Shown one piece after another: positions 1 to 9,498 of a DNA stretch of 27,012 nucleotides. Each line of letters opens with the position of its first letter. The stretch's first letter is position 1. This DNA comes from a candidate division WOR-3 bacterium (GTDB lineage: Bacteria; Hydrothermota; Hydrothermia; B15-G9; WFZT01). The translations under genes were made by a program, and so were the position numbers. The notes below the pieces were generated by a model. It was not told the origin of the DNA. It saw only the letters and a list, made by a program, of their open reading frames with translations, and did not search any database. Location: contig JALUEE010000098.1 in the NCBI GenBank assembly GCA_027053075.1, positions 1-27,012 on the forward strand, in the 5' to 3' direction.

Positions 1-127
1 AGGCACATATATGTGAGCACATGGAGAATAGCGCATTTGTTATTCATGAGGTTGGTAACCGCGATGAGGATAATGGAATACAGGATGTATAAATATTCAT
101 TTGCTTAAAAAACATGGGTGATGTCAG

Positions 128-160
128 CCCCTAACCCCTCCTTCCAATGGAAGGAAGGGA
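128..160 (+). repeat. REP-like hairpin repeat copy R1
   Basis: CCCCTAAC-CCCTCCTTCC-AAT-GGAAGGAAGGGA; same C-rich tail plus GC-rich hairpin layout as about 12 other intergenic copies. Confidence 0.7.
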
Positions 161-253
161 AAATTTGTTGACTGCGAGTGTCACCGTGGTTACGGGGATC
201 ACTTGGAAAAGGTAACTTTAAAATTCAGGATTTTCGAACACGCTTTCTCCCCC

Positions 254-282
254 TTGACAAATCATGGGGTGGCATTTAGAAT
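254..282 (+). promoter_or_regulatory. sigma70 promoter of the peroxiredoxin gene
   Basis: TTGACA (254-259), 17 bp spacer, TAGAAT (277-282); SD AGGAGGT at 308-314. Confidence 0.85.
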
Positions 283-290
283 TATTCCAA
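276..290. promoter_or_regulatory. PerR/Fur-type 7-1-7 operator overlapping the -10 box
   Basis: TTAGAAT-T-ATTCCAA is a near-palindrome resembling the Per box TTATAATnATTATAA, upstream of a peroxide-detoxifying gene. Confidence 0.65.
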
Positions 291-320
291 GTTAAAAGAA
301 ACTAAAAAGGAGGTAGTAAA

Positions 321-965
321 ATGGAGACAAGAATCCCTCTTATAGGAGAAAAATTCCCGGAGTTAGAGGTAACAACAACACATGGTAAGATTAAGTTGCC
401 CGATGCGTACGAGGGTAAGTGGTTTGTACTTTTCAGCCATCCGGCTGACTTTACCCCTGTTTGCACCACTGAGTTTGTCGCATTCCAGAAGAGGTACGAT
501 GAGTTCAAGAAGCTCAACACGGAGCTCATTGGGCTCAGCATTGACCAGGTTTTCTCCCACATTAAGTGGGTTGAGTGGATCAAAGAAAAACTCAATGTGG
601 AGATTCAGTTCCCCATCATTGCAGATGACACAGGTTCCGTGGCGAACCAGCTCGGTCTGATTCATCCAGGTAAAGGTACAAATACGGTGAGAGCCGTGTT
701 CATCGTTGATCCAAAGGGAATTATCAGGGCTATCCTCTATTATCCTCAGGAGCTTGGAAGGAATATGGACGAGATTCTCAGAATGGTGAAGGCCTTCCAG
801 GTCTCTGATGAGAAAGGTGTCGCAATTCCTGCGAACTGGCCCAACAACGAGCTTATCAAAGATGAGGTTATCATTCCACCAGCAGCTGACGTTAAGACTG
901 CTGAGGAAAGACCCAAGCAGTACGAGTGCTTTGACTGGTGGTTCTGCCATAAGAAATTGGGATAA
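321..965 (+). CDS. Peroxiredoxin, Prx6 subfamily (archaeal/thermophile type)
   Basis: [14 protein letters not shown] active-site motif, C-terminal CFDWWFC motif, strong SD. Confidence 0.95.
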   Translation: METRIPLIGEKFPELEVTTTHGKIKLPDAYEGKWFVLFSHPADFTPVCTTEFVAFQKRYDEFKKLNTELIGLSIDQVFSHIKWVEWIKEKLNVEIQFPIIADDTGSVANQLGLIHPGKGTNTVRAVFIVDPKGIIRAILYYPQELGRNMDEILRMVKAFQVSDEKGVAIPANWPNNELIKDEVIIPPAADVKTAEERPKQYECFDWWFCHKKLG

Positions 966-971
966 ATTTTT

Positions 972-1021
972 AAGTGAGGGGGGCTCGAAGCGTAGCTTCG
1001 CGCCCCCCTCACTTTTCTTTT
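972..1021 (+). terminator. Rho-independent terminator
   Basis: Long stem AAGTGAGGGGGGC...GCCCCCCTCACTT followed by a T-rich tract immediately after the stop codon. Confidence 0.85.
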
Positions 1022-1226
1022 CCTCTCAGTTGAAAAGACCTACCTCATAAAAAATAAAATCTCGCCCCCCACTAACACAGACTCCCACATTCTAAATACA
1101 GTCCAAAAGTGTATATTCTCTTGAATTTACATGCTAACCGGGTGTTCTCGAACCTCGCAGCGGTGGAAGATATCGCATGAATGGTATAAAATTTGTGGAC
1201 GCTCATTATAAACGGAGGTCTTCTAT

Positions 1227-2363
1227 ATGATAGTTCAAAGCTTTATCTTTCTGCTGCTGGTTTCTTTTAAACCAGCACCTGCAACCCACGTAAGAGCGTA
1301 TGATACCCCCAACGATGCCGGTGGGAGTGTTACGGTAAAATGGGACCTCTCAAAAGATGATTCTATTGTCACAAAGTATGAAATTATCAGGATAATTGGG
1401 AGTCCCAATGGCAAAAGGGTATCTGCCGGATTTGTTCTTCGAGGCACTAACTCTTACAGGGATGTGGACCTCAAAAATGGCCAGAAGTACTACTATATGA
1501 TCAGAACCTGGGCCGATGGCGAATACAGTGATTCTGAAATTACCCCCACACCTGCCATTCCAAAACCACAGTGGTTCCATACCAAGCGTGTAGTCGCTCT
1601 TGTTATCCTCGTGATATTTACACTGCTTCTGTGGTATTACCTTCAACTTGCGAAGAAGGGTGCCCCTCTCTGGATTCGTAAGATCGCGGGACTGGAGGCA
1701 ATTGACGAAGCGGTAGGACGTTCTGTAGAGATGGGAAGACCCATTCTTTACATTCTGGGTCTTGGTGCTATTTCCGATATTCCTACCATTGCCGGACTTG
1801 CAATTCTTAAAAGGGTGGCTAAAAAAGCTGCTGAATACGAGGCTGAGATCATTGTCCCGAACTACGATCCCATCGTTATGGTCGCAGCACAGGAGACAGT
1901 GAAGGAAGGCTTTATGGAAGCCGGGCGTCCTGATCTTTATCGTGAAAACAACATTATGTTTCTCACGCAGGACCAGTTTGGATACGCAGCAGGTGTAGAT
2001 GGAATAATGGTCAGGGAAAAGCCGGGTGCCATTTTCCTTCAGGGACTTTTCTTCGCGGAGTCACTGATCCTTGCAGAGACAGGTCACTCAATTGGAGCAA
2101 TTCAGATTTCGGGAACAACTTCAGTAACGCAGCTACCGTTCTTTATTGCTGCCACAGATTACACGCTCATTGGAGAAGAGATGTATGCGGCAAGTGCCTA
2201 TCTGACTCGTGATCCACTCGCTCTTTCAACACTTAAGGCTGAAGATATCATGAAAGCTCTCTTTATCGCTCTTGTGGGACTTGGCACTATCTTTGAATCA
2301 ATTGCAATTTTGACAGGTGCTCAGGGTTTCCATTTTCTTAAAAACCTATTCAACATGTTTTAA
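1227..2363 (+). CDS. Membrane protein with an N-terminal fibronectin type III-like domain and a DUF6754-like C-terminal domain
   Basis: DTPNDAGGSVTVKW...YYY FN3-like segment, a TM helix, then IRKIAGLEAIDEAVGRSVEMGRP and LIGEEMYAASAYL motifs I recognise as DUF6754-like; SD GGAGG. Confidence 0.75.
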   Translation: MIVQSFIFLLLVSFKPAPATHVRAYDTPNDAGGSVTVKWDLSKDDSIVTKYEIIRIIGSPNGKRVSAGFVLRGTNSYRDVDLKNGQKYYYMIRTWADGEYSDSEITPTPAIPKPQWFHTKRVVALVILVIFTLLLWYYLQLAKKGAPLWIRKIAGLEAIDEAVGRSVEMGRPILYILGLGAISDIPTIAGLAILKRVAKKAAEYEAEIIVPNYDPIVMVAAQETVKEGFMEAGRPDLYRENNIMFLTQDQFGYAAGVDGIMVREKPGAIFLQGLFFAESLILAETGHSIGAIQISGTTSVTQLPFFIAATDYTLIGEEMYAASAYLTRDPLALSTLKAEDIMKALFIALVGLGTIFESIAILTGAQGFHFLKNLFNMF

Positions 2364-2375
2364 CGGAGGAGGAAA

Positions 2376-3161
2376 ATGAGACGGGAAGTTCCAATTGCAA
2401 TTACTTTTTTCACTGGAGTTTTACTTGTTGTCGCATTCTTTATTCCACATGAGCCTTTTGGAAGTCTCGAGCAGAGGTTCAACGACTGGTACATTATAGT
2501 TTCGGGATTTGCCATGATTCTGGGGCTGGACTCCCTGCTTCTTCACCACTGGAATAAAGTGTCAAGAAGGAGTCAGGACTGGTTCCACTCGCTGAGTTTG
2601 ATCCTGGCGTTTTTCATAACCCTGTTCTGGGGTTTCTACTCAGGGATTCACACGGGTAACTTTCTTTCAGCCCAATCGACATTTAGAAAGTACTTTTATC
2701 TTTATGTGTTTGTGCCGCTTCAGGCAACAATGTTTTCGCTTCTGGCGTTCTTTATCGCGTCGGCTGCTTACCGTGCATTCAGGGCTGATAGATTTGAAGC
2801 GACTCTCCTGCTATTCTCAGCAGGTATTGTGATGCTTGGGCGTGTACCTATGGGTAATCAGGTTGCTCCCTGGATCATCGGGTTTGTTCTCCTCCTCTTT
2901 GCGTTCCTTCTCTACAGTGATGGGAGGAAAGAGGTCGACTCTTTGAGGCGTGCATTGAAATTCGGTGGAGCTATTTTGAGTCTTCTCCTGATTTATCCAT
3001 TAGCGTGGTTTTTCCTGAAATACACAGCTGCCACTGCCGGATGGATTATGAATATTCCACAGCTTGCTGCTAAAAGAGGTATCTTCATTGGAATCGCTCT
3101 TGGTGGAATTGCCATGTCTTTGAGAATCATACTTGGCATTGAAAAAACTTATCTGAGGTGA
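2376..3161 (+). CDS. Conserved multi-pass membrane protein of unknown function
   Basis: About 7-8 hydrophobic segments, ATMFSLLAFFIASAAYRAFR motif, SD GGAGGAGG. Confidence 0.8.
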   Translation: MRREVPIAITFFTGVLLVVAFFIPHEPFGSLEQRFNDWYIIVSGFAMILGLDSLLLHHWNKVSRRSQDWFHSLSLILAFFITLFWGFYSGIHTGNFLSAQSTFRKYFYLYVFVPLQATMFSLLAFFIASAAYRAFRADRFEATLLLFSAGIVMLGRVPMGNQVAPWIIGFVLLLFAFLLYSDGRKEVDSLRRALKFGGAILSLLLIYPLAWFFLKYTAATAGWIMNIPQLAAKRGIFIGIALGGIAMSLRIILGIEKTYLR

Positions 3162-3164
3162 GAA

Positions 3165-3986
3165 ATGAGAAAATACTTTGAAAAACTGGCACAGATTGAT
3201 AGAAGGATAATTTATCTCATCCTTTTCCTGACGGTGCTCCTTCCATATCTATTTAAAATCAGTCTCCCCATGAAACCGCTCCCAGAAGTTGTTCAGGCTT
3301 ACAAAGAAATTGACCAGCTTCCACCCGGCTCAGTCGTGATGATCTCCATTGACTACGATGCCGCGTCAATGCCAGAGGTGCAGCCCATGCTGTATGCAAT
3401 TTTGAGGCATTGTTTTAGTAAGAATTTGAAGGTCGTGATGCTTGGTCACTGGCCTCTTGGAATTCCTCTCGGTGTCACAGCTCTTAATGAGGTCGCGAAG
3501 GAATATCACAAAAAGTACGGTGTGGACTATGTGTTTCTTGGATTCAGGCCGGGTCTTGCAGCTGTGATAATTAACATGGGAAAAGAAATTCGCTCGGTTT
3601 TTGCAGAAGATTACTGGGGCACCCCTCTGGATTCGCTACCAATGATGAGGAACATTCATACGTATGATGATATTGCTGTTATTGTAGGACTTGAGGCAGG
3701 GTCTGTCGGTGATGCGTGGGTACAGTACGCGCAGGCAAGGTACAATGCGAAAATAATTCTTGGGGGAACAGCAGTTGTGGCACCTGACTGGTATCCCTAT
3801 CTTCAGTCACATCAGATTGTTGGACTAATTGGTGGATTGAGGGGAGCGGCTGACTATGAGAATCTTGTACACCACAAAGCGCTTGCCTACTACGGAATGA
3901 CTCCACAGGCGGCTGTCCACATATTGATTGTAATATTCATCATTCTCGGTAATCTTGGGTACATTGCCCTTAGGAGGAGGAAGTAA
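3165..3986 (+). CDS. Membrane-anchored protein of unknown function (N- and C-terminal TM helices around a soluble alpha/beta domain)
   Basis: TM at both ends, GLIGGLRGAADYE motif, 3-nt gap from the upstream gene. Confidence 0.8.
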   Translation: MRKYFEKLAQIDRRIIYLILFLTVLLPYLFKISLPMKPLPEVVQAYKEIDQLPPGSVVMISIDYDAASMPEVQPMLYAILRHCFSKNLKVVMLGHWPLGIPLGVTALNEVAKEYHKKYGVDYVFLGFRPGLAAVIINMGKEIRSVFAEDYWGTPLDSLPMMRNIHTYDDIAVIVGLEAGSVGDAWVQYAQARYNAKIILGGTAVVAPDWYPYLQSHQIVGLIGGLRGAADYENLVHHKALAYYGMTPQAAVHILIVIFIILGNLGYIALRRRK

Positions 3987-3987
3987 C

Positions 3988-4632
3988 ATGGCACAGGTAT
4001 TCTGGACATGGGTTGCAGCGTTTTTAACTCTGGCGATATTTAGCTTTCTTTACAAGGACAATCCTTTTTACAAATTTGCTGAGCATATTTATGTGGGAAG
4101 CTCAGCGGCATTCTGGCTGGTCTATCTCTGGTACTTTGACATCAAGCCCAAGCTCATTGACGGGTGGAGAATGAATACGGGTCTTGAAAAGTACATTCTT
4201 ATAATTCCGGCAATCCTCTCTGTATTTATCCTCCTGAGATTTATCAGGCCAATAGCCTGGATTTCGAGATGGGCAATTGCATTTACAGTTGGAATGGCGG
4301 CAGGACTTGGAATAACGGCAAATCTTCAGGGCTTTCTGGTCCCTCAGATTCAGGCCACGTTTCTCCCTGTCTGGGTGCCTTCCCATAATTTCTGGCACTC
4401 GCTCGGACTCTCGGTAAACAACTGGATACTTGTGATAGGGACTGTTGTGACCATCTTCTATTTTTACTTCTCCAAGGAGCACAAAGGTACTTTAGGGGCA
4501 CTCTCACGAGCGGGCATAGTCTTTATCATGATCGCGTTTGGAGCTTCCTTCGGTTATACGGTGATGGCACGTATTTCGCTTCTCATCGGGCGTGTTTATT
4601 TCTTAATCCACAACTGGCTGCACATTGTCTAA
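3988..4632 (+). CDS. Conserved multi-pass membrane protein of unknown function
   Basis: Start moved from the track's 3955 to ATG 3988, which follows SD AGGAGG; FSFLYKDNPFYKFAEH motif; about 6 TM segments. Confidence 0.8.
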   Translation: MAQVFWTWVAAFLTLAIFSFLYKDNPFYKFAEHIYVGSSAAFWLVYLWYFDIKPKLIDGWRMNTGLEKYILIIPAILSVFILLRFIRPIAWISRWAIAFTVGMAAGLGITANLQGFLVPQIQATFLPVWVPSHNFWHSLGLSVNNWILVIGTVVTIFYFYFSKEHKGTLGALSRAGIVFIMIAFGASFGYTVMARISLLIGRVYFLIHNWLHIV

Positions 4633-5110
4633 AAAGATTTTATCGAGCATTCTGGTTGTCGCTGGAGTTCTTGCTCTTGACCAGCTCACTAAGTTTATAG
4701 TTGTCTCGAGGATGAAGCTTTACAGCTCTATTCCTGTGATTGATGATATTCTCCGTATAACCTATATCCACAATCCTAACTCTGTCTTTGGAATAAGTCT
4801 TGGTGGTAGATTCCCCTATCCTGTAATGATTCTGCTCCTTGTTGCTGTTGTCGCCGTAATCTGGGCTTTTGAAAAGAAGCCTTCATACTATCTCCTGTAC
4901 AGTGCGATAATCGGCGGTGCACTGGGTAATTTCATTGACAGAATGAGATTTGGCGAGGTTATTGATTTTATAGATGTTGGTATTTCAAAGACAACGAGAT
5001 GGCCGGTATTTAACATTGCTGATGCTTCCATATCTGTTTCAGTTGTGTTACTATTATACCTGAGCCTGAAATCCAGCAAGGAGAAAAGGGATGAAGATAT
5101 TACTGATTAG
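4625..5110 (+). CDS. lspA: Lipoprotein signal peptidase II
   Basis: DQLTK, GGALGNFIDR, VIDFI and FNIAD motifs; TTG start overlaps the upstream stop. Confidence 0.93.
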   Translation: MSKKILSSILVVAGVLALDQLTKFIVVSRMKLYSSIPVIDDILRITYIHNPNSVFGISLGGRFPYPVMILLLVAVVAVIWAFEKKPSYYLLYSAIIGGALGNFIDRMRFGEVIDFIDVGISKTTRWPVFNIADASISVSVVLLLYLSLKSSKEKRDEDITD

Positions 5111-6125
5111 CCTTTTGTTCCAATTTTACGGTGTGGAAGGTCTTAAGTATGGAAACAATATATCCGGGTTAAACGTCCTGGATTCCCTTTACAACCCAGC
5201 GGTTTTTACCACAGGAGAAAACTGGCGGCTAAGGGTCCTGACCGAGTTTTCTTACGTCTCTGATTATCAGAGGGAATCTAAACTTGTTTATGACAGGTAC
5301 AATACGTCAATTGGTGAGTTCACAACTTATGCCGGGACGTACGGATATCTCAAGCCCTCAAATTTCACAATCAGTGTGGCGAAGAAATTTATCAACATAG
5401 AAGCCGGATACGAGCTCCTGAGGTCCTACGAATATAGGTATGATAATTACCTGAGATCTTCGCAAAACAACCTGATACAGCACGACTATTTCATATCTCA
5501 CGGTGGTTTAACCTCATACTTTGCGGGCTTTGGTTTAAAGGGCAGGATTTTTTCCCTGGGGTTAAAACTTTATAGAGCTCGTCGGGATATTGAAACGAGG
5601 ACGAATTGGGAACTTATAGGTGAGGGGAGTGGAGACATTATAGCAAGATTCTTTGCCCTTTATGGGAATCTGGATATTTTCCCGCGCTTGAGAGCTTCCT
5701 TCTCCTATCGACAGGGGGGTCGCTTTATTTTTATAAGATTAATGAGGGAGTCCGTTTTGGGTCCATACATTGATGTTGCAACAGAGCTCCAGGGGGAGCT
5801 TTATGCGGGTCTGAGCTTTACACCTCCATCAAGGCTGGTGACTGAGGCAAGTTTCATTTACGGAAAAATCGGGGATTACCCGTGGTACAGAATAGGTTTC
5901 AGACATAATTTTCTTGATATTTACCCCTTTGAGTTTGCCGGCGGTGTATATGAAACGGAGGGTAAGAGCTGGATACCGTTTTTCACCGTTGGCGCAGGTG
6001 TTAGCAGAGGTAAATTTAGATTCTCAGCAGATGTTACCTACAGAAATCTCAAGGTATCAAGTGGCCAGTACAGGCATTACTATAGTGAAGTAACAGTTGG
6101 AACAAAAGTAATCTACATACCATGA
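5091..6125 (+). CDS. Putative outer-membrane beta-barrel protein
   Basis: Short signal peptide, YNPA motif, alternating aromatic-rich beta-strand pattern. Confidence 0.6.
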   Translation: MKILLISLLFQFYGVEGLKYGNNISGLNVLDSLYNPAVFTTGENWRLRVLTEFSYVSDYQRESKLVYDRYNTSIGEFTTYAGTYGYLKPSNFTISVAKKFINIEAGYELLRSYEYRYDNYLRSSQNNLIQHDYFISHGGLTSYFAGFGLKGRIFSLGLKLYRARRDIETRTNWELIGEGSGDIIARFFALYGNLDIFPRLRASFSYRQGGRFIFIRLMRESVLGPYIDVATELQGELYAGLSFTPPSRLVTEASFIYGKIGDYPWYRIGFRHNFLDIYPFEFAGGVYETEGKSWIPFFTVGAGVSRGKFRFSADVTYRNLKVSSGQYRHYYSEVTVGTKVIYIP

Positions 6126-7000
6126 AGCTTTTGATAATCTTAACATTTCTGGGCTTTTCTAAAGGCGATGTGGGATACAACTTCCTCACTCTCCCATATG
6201 GCTACGATGGTGCAGTTTTCGGAAGTGCAGAGGTGGTAAACATAAGCTCACCCTACGCTGATTTTTACAATCCCTCAATTTTCCCGAATACTAAGGCCTC
6301 GACTTTCGTTTCTTCCTATCTCGTTGGTATAAAGTACGGTGGATTTTCTTACGCAGTAGAGCCAGATTTAAGGGTAGGAGCCTTTTTTATCACCACAGGG
6401 GCAATTGATAAAACCAACGAAGAGGGTATAAAAGTAGGGACCTATTCTTCAAATTATATAGCTTTATACGGCAGGTATAGACCCATCAAAGACTTTGAAT
6501 TCTATGGGTACACCTTTAAAACGGGGGCTGGTGTTAAATTGATTTATCAGGGGATTGATAAAGATAATTCAATAGCAGTTGTCGCTGACGCTGGTCTTCA
6601 TGCAAAGATTACAGATTTGATAACATTCGGTGCTTCCGTTACCAATGCAGGATACGAAATCAAGCCTTTCGTTGAGAAAAGATATTTCCTCCCGCTCCAG
6701 GTGGTAACTGGGGTGAGCATGACACCTACGAGCAAATTGAAAATCCTTGCCTCTGGTGGATTTGAGCTTGGATATGGAGCTATTTTTGATGTAGGAGCCG
6801 ATTTCAGCCCGATTGAACCATTATCAATTCGGCTGGGATATGCACTCAAAGGCAAAGATTTAAACACCGGGGGAACGTGGGATGTTTTTAATGGATTCTC
6901 AGCAGGAGTGGCAGTTTCCGTGAAAAATATTAGCCTGGGATACACTATTTTGCCCATGGGGGAGCTTGGTATAACACACTTCATTGGTGTTAACTTCTGA
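6122..7000 (+). CDS. PorV/PorQ-family outer-membrane beta-barrel
   Basis: Signal peptide, NFLTLP and FYNPS N-terminal motifs, beta-strand pattern, C-terminal Phe; ATGA overlap with the upstream gene. Confidence 0.7.
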   Translation: MKLLIILTFLGFSKGDVGYNFLTLPYGYDGAVFGSAEVVNISSPYADFYNPSIFPNTKASTFVSSYLVGIKYGGFSYAVEPDLRVGAFFITTGAIDKTNEEGIKVGTYSSNYIALYGRYRPIKDFEFYGYTFKTGAGVKLIYQGIDKDNSIAVVADAGLHAKITDLITFGASVTNAGYEIKPFVEKRYFLPLQVVTGVSMTPTSKLKILASGGFELGYGAIFDVGADFSPIEPLSIRLGYALKGKDLNTGGTWDVFNGFSAGVAVSVKNISLGYTILPMGELGITHFIGVNF

Positions 7001-7458
7001 TGGTTGCAATAAAAACCCTTGTTGAAAATAGAAAGGCAAAAAGAGACTACGAGATTTTAGAAACCTACGAGGCAGGTATTGTTTTAAAGGGCAGTGAGGT
7101 CAAGTCTGCAAGGCAGGGCCGAATTTCCATTAAAGATGCTTATGCTGATGTGAAAAACGGCGAGTTGTATTTAATCGACATGCATATTGCACCTTACAAA
7201 CAGGCTGGAAGATTTGGACATGACCCTGAACGACCAAGAAAACTTCTGCTGCACAAATATGAGATAAACAGGCTTATAGGCAAGGTCAAAGAGAAGGGGC
7301 TAACCCTTATACCATTAAGAGTTTATCTCAAAGGCCATTTAATAAAGGTGGAGCTTGCCCTTGCAAAGGGTAAAAGGCAGTACGAAAAGAGGGAAGCCAT
7401 CAAAAGAAGAATTATTGAAAAGGAAATTCAGCGCGCACTTAAATACGAAAAGAGGTAG
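7000..7458 (+). CDS. smpB: SsrA-binding protein
   Basis: NRKA..DY, EAGIVLKGSEVKS, RKLLLHK and GLTLIPL motifs. Confidence 0.97.
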   Translation: MVAIKTLVENRKAKRDYEILETYEAGIVLKGSEVKSARQGRISIKDAYADVKNGELYLIDMHIAPYKQAGRFGHDPERPRKLLLHKYEINRLIGKVKEKGLTLIPLRVYLKGHLIKVELALAKGKRQYEKREAIKRRIIEKEIQRALKYEKR

Positions 7459-7524
7459 CAATTCGAGGTTTCTGACTTATAATCTAAAAATCAGGAGGGA
7501 GTATCCCTTTAGGAGGAGTTAGAG

Positions 7525-9498
7525 ATGTTGCCAGAATTTACAATTAATGATGAAAATCTCGATAAACAGAAAGAGCTGGTTTTGAACCAGATTGAAGAGA
7601 ATAAAAAGAAAATTGAGGAACTATTAAAAATTGAGCCCAAAACTTACGAAAATTTTGTGAGACCATTCGAGCTGATGAACGAGAAGTTAGGAGAGCTGTT
7701 CACCCCTGTTGCGCACCTGAATTCAGTGATGAACTCAAAGAAAACACAGGAAGTCTATCAGAGTTTGATCCCAAGGATAACCGAGTATTACACAAATATT
7801 TTTCAGAATGCAGAGCTCTACCACGCGTTTAAGGAGATTTACGAGAAGGAAAAAGAACGTCTAAATCACGAGCAGAAGCGGGTTCTTGAGAATCTACTCC
7901 GTGACTTCAAGCTCGAAGGAGTGGCTCTGCCTGAGGAAAAACGTGCGAAGGTCAAAGAAATCAATATAAATCTCTCAAAATTGCAGAATAACTACGCCCA
8001 GAATGTTCTAAACGCCATAGACAAATATGAGCTAATCATTGAGAATCCAGAAGATGTTAAGGAGCTTCCAGAGGTGGACAAAAAGGCTGCAGAGATTGAG
8101 CGTGATGGTAAAACTGTATGGAGATTTACCCTGCAACAGCCGAGCTATCTTTCCTATATGACCTATGGCTCCAACAGGGAAAAGAGGGAGGAGTTATTCA
8201 GGGCCTATGTAACAAAGGCACCGGAGAATGATGAGCTCATCACACAGATTCTTGGACTCCGGTATGAAAAGGCAAGGCTGATAGGTTTCAAAAATTTTGC
8301 AGAACTCTCGCTCCAGGCTAAAATGGCAGATTCTCCTGACGAGGTCCTCTCGTTTTTGCGAAAACTTGCAAAGGAAAGTAAACCTCATGGTGAGGAGGAA
8401 TATGAGGAGTTAAACGAATTTGCTCACAGGCAGGGATTAAATGACGATGTTCAAAGCTATGATTTCTTTTACTATGCCGAGAAGCTGAAGAAGGAAAAGC
8501 TCAATGTGGATGATGAGATGTACAAGCCGTATTTTGAGTTGAAAAACGTCTTGAACGGACTTTTCACGTTTTTAAATAAACTCTTCGGACTCGAATTCGA
8601 GAAGGTTGATGTGCCTGTCTGGCATCCAGCTGTAAGGACTTACCATATCCATCGAAATGGAGAATTCATTGGCAGAATCTATTACGACCTTGAAGCTCGT
8701 AAGGGCAAGCGAAGTGGTGCCTGGATGAACGAATGGGTTACACACCATGCAAACGAGAAGGGTGAGATTGTGCCACCTGTGGCATTTATTGTTGCCAATT
8801 TTCCACCTGAGACCAAGGATTCACCGTCACTCCTGAGGCCCATGAATGTGAAAACCCTTTTCCATGAGATGGGGCACGCGCTATACCATCTTTTAAGTAA
8901 GGTGAAAGAACCCTTTGTGAGTGGCAATTCTGGAGTTGAATGGGACGCTGTTGAATTCCCTTCGCAGTTTCTTGAAAACTTCATGTATGAGAAAAAGGTT
9001 CTCGAGCTCTTTGCGAGACATTATAAAACCGGTGAGCTAATGCCTGATGAGATGATGGAGAAACTCAAAGAGGTGAGAAACTTTCTTGCTGGATTAATGA
9101 TGCTGAGGCAGCTTGAGTTTGGGCTCTTTGACATGCGAATTCACCTTGATAAATACACCTCAAAGGATGTTCATCGCATTATCTGGGAAGTGAGGGACGA
9201 GGTGGCTGTGATCAAACCGCCAGAGTACGACCGGTTTTACTGGAGTTTCAACCATATCTTTGCCGGTGGATATGCCGCTGGCTATTACAGTTACAAATGG
9301 GCTGAAGTCCTCTCGGCAGATGCATTCCTGTACTTTGTCGAAAATGGTATTTTTAACAGGGAAATCGCAGATAGATTTTATGAAAAGGTATTGACAAAGG
9401 GAGGAAGCAAGCCTGCAAGGGAAATTTTCCGGGACTTCATGGGCAGAGATCCTGATCCCGAAGCCCTCCTCCGACTGAGTGGAATAAAGAAGCAATGA
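7525..9498 (+). CDS. prlC: Oligopeptidase A (peptidase M3A)
   Basis: HEMGH zinc motif, WDAVEFPSQ, GYAAGYYSYKWAE; SD AGGAGG. Confidence 0.92.
   Translation: MLPEFTINDENLDKQKELVLNQIEENKKKIEELLKIEPKTYENFVRPFELMNEKLGELFTPVAHLNSVMNSKKTQEVYQSLIPRITEYYTNIFQNAELYHAFKEIYEKEKERLNHEQKRVLENLLRDFKLEGVALPEEKRAKVKEININLSKLQNNYAQNVLNAIDKYELIIENPEDVKELPEVDKKAAEIERDGKTVWRFTLQQPSYLSYMTYGSNREKREELFRAYVTKAPENDELITQILGLRYEKARLIGFKNFAELSLQAKMADSPDEVLSFLRKLAKESKPHGEEEYEELNEFAHRQGLNDDVQSYDFFYYAEKLKKEKLNVDDEMYKPYFELKNVLNGLFTFLNKLFGLEFEKVDVPVWHPAVRTYHIHRNGEFIGRIYYDLEARKGKRSGAWMNEWVTHHANEKGEIVPPVAFIVANFPPETKDSPSLLRPMNVKTLFHEMGHALYHLLSKVKEPFVSGNSGVEWDAVEFPSQFLENFMYEKKVLELFARHYKTGELMPDEMMEKLKEVRNFLAGLMMLRQLEFGLFDMRIHLDKYTSKDVHRIIWEVRDEVAVIKPPEYDRFYWSFNHIFAGGYAAGYYSYKWAEVLSADAFLYFVENGIFNREIADRFYEKVLTKGGSKPAREIFRDFMGRDPDPEALLRLSGIKKQ

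Noticed and set aside
1..108. Possible 3' end of an upstream CDS
   Set aside because: Two + frames are open for about 30-35 codons but contain no recognisable motif, so I cannot choose or support either
302..1050. Alternative-frame and antisense ORFs over the peroxiredoxin gene (and similar ones throughout the window)
   Set aside because: Shadow ORFs of well-supported genes, with no motifs or SD
3955..3987. TTG start given by the ORF track
   Set aside because: It overlaps the upstream gene; ATG 3988 has a strong SD at normal spacing
7459..7524. tmRNA (ssrA) next to smpB
   Set aside because: The gap is only 66 nt and has no tRNA-like GGGG...CCA ends
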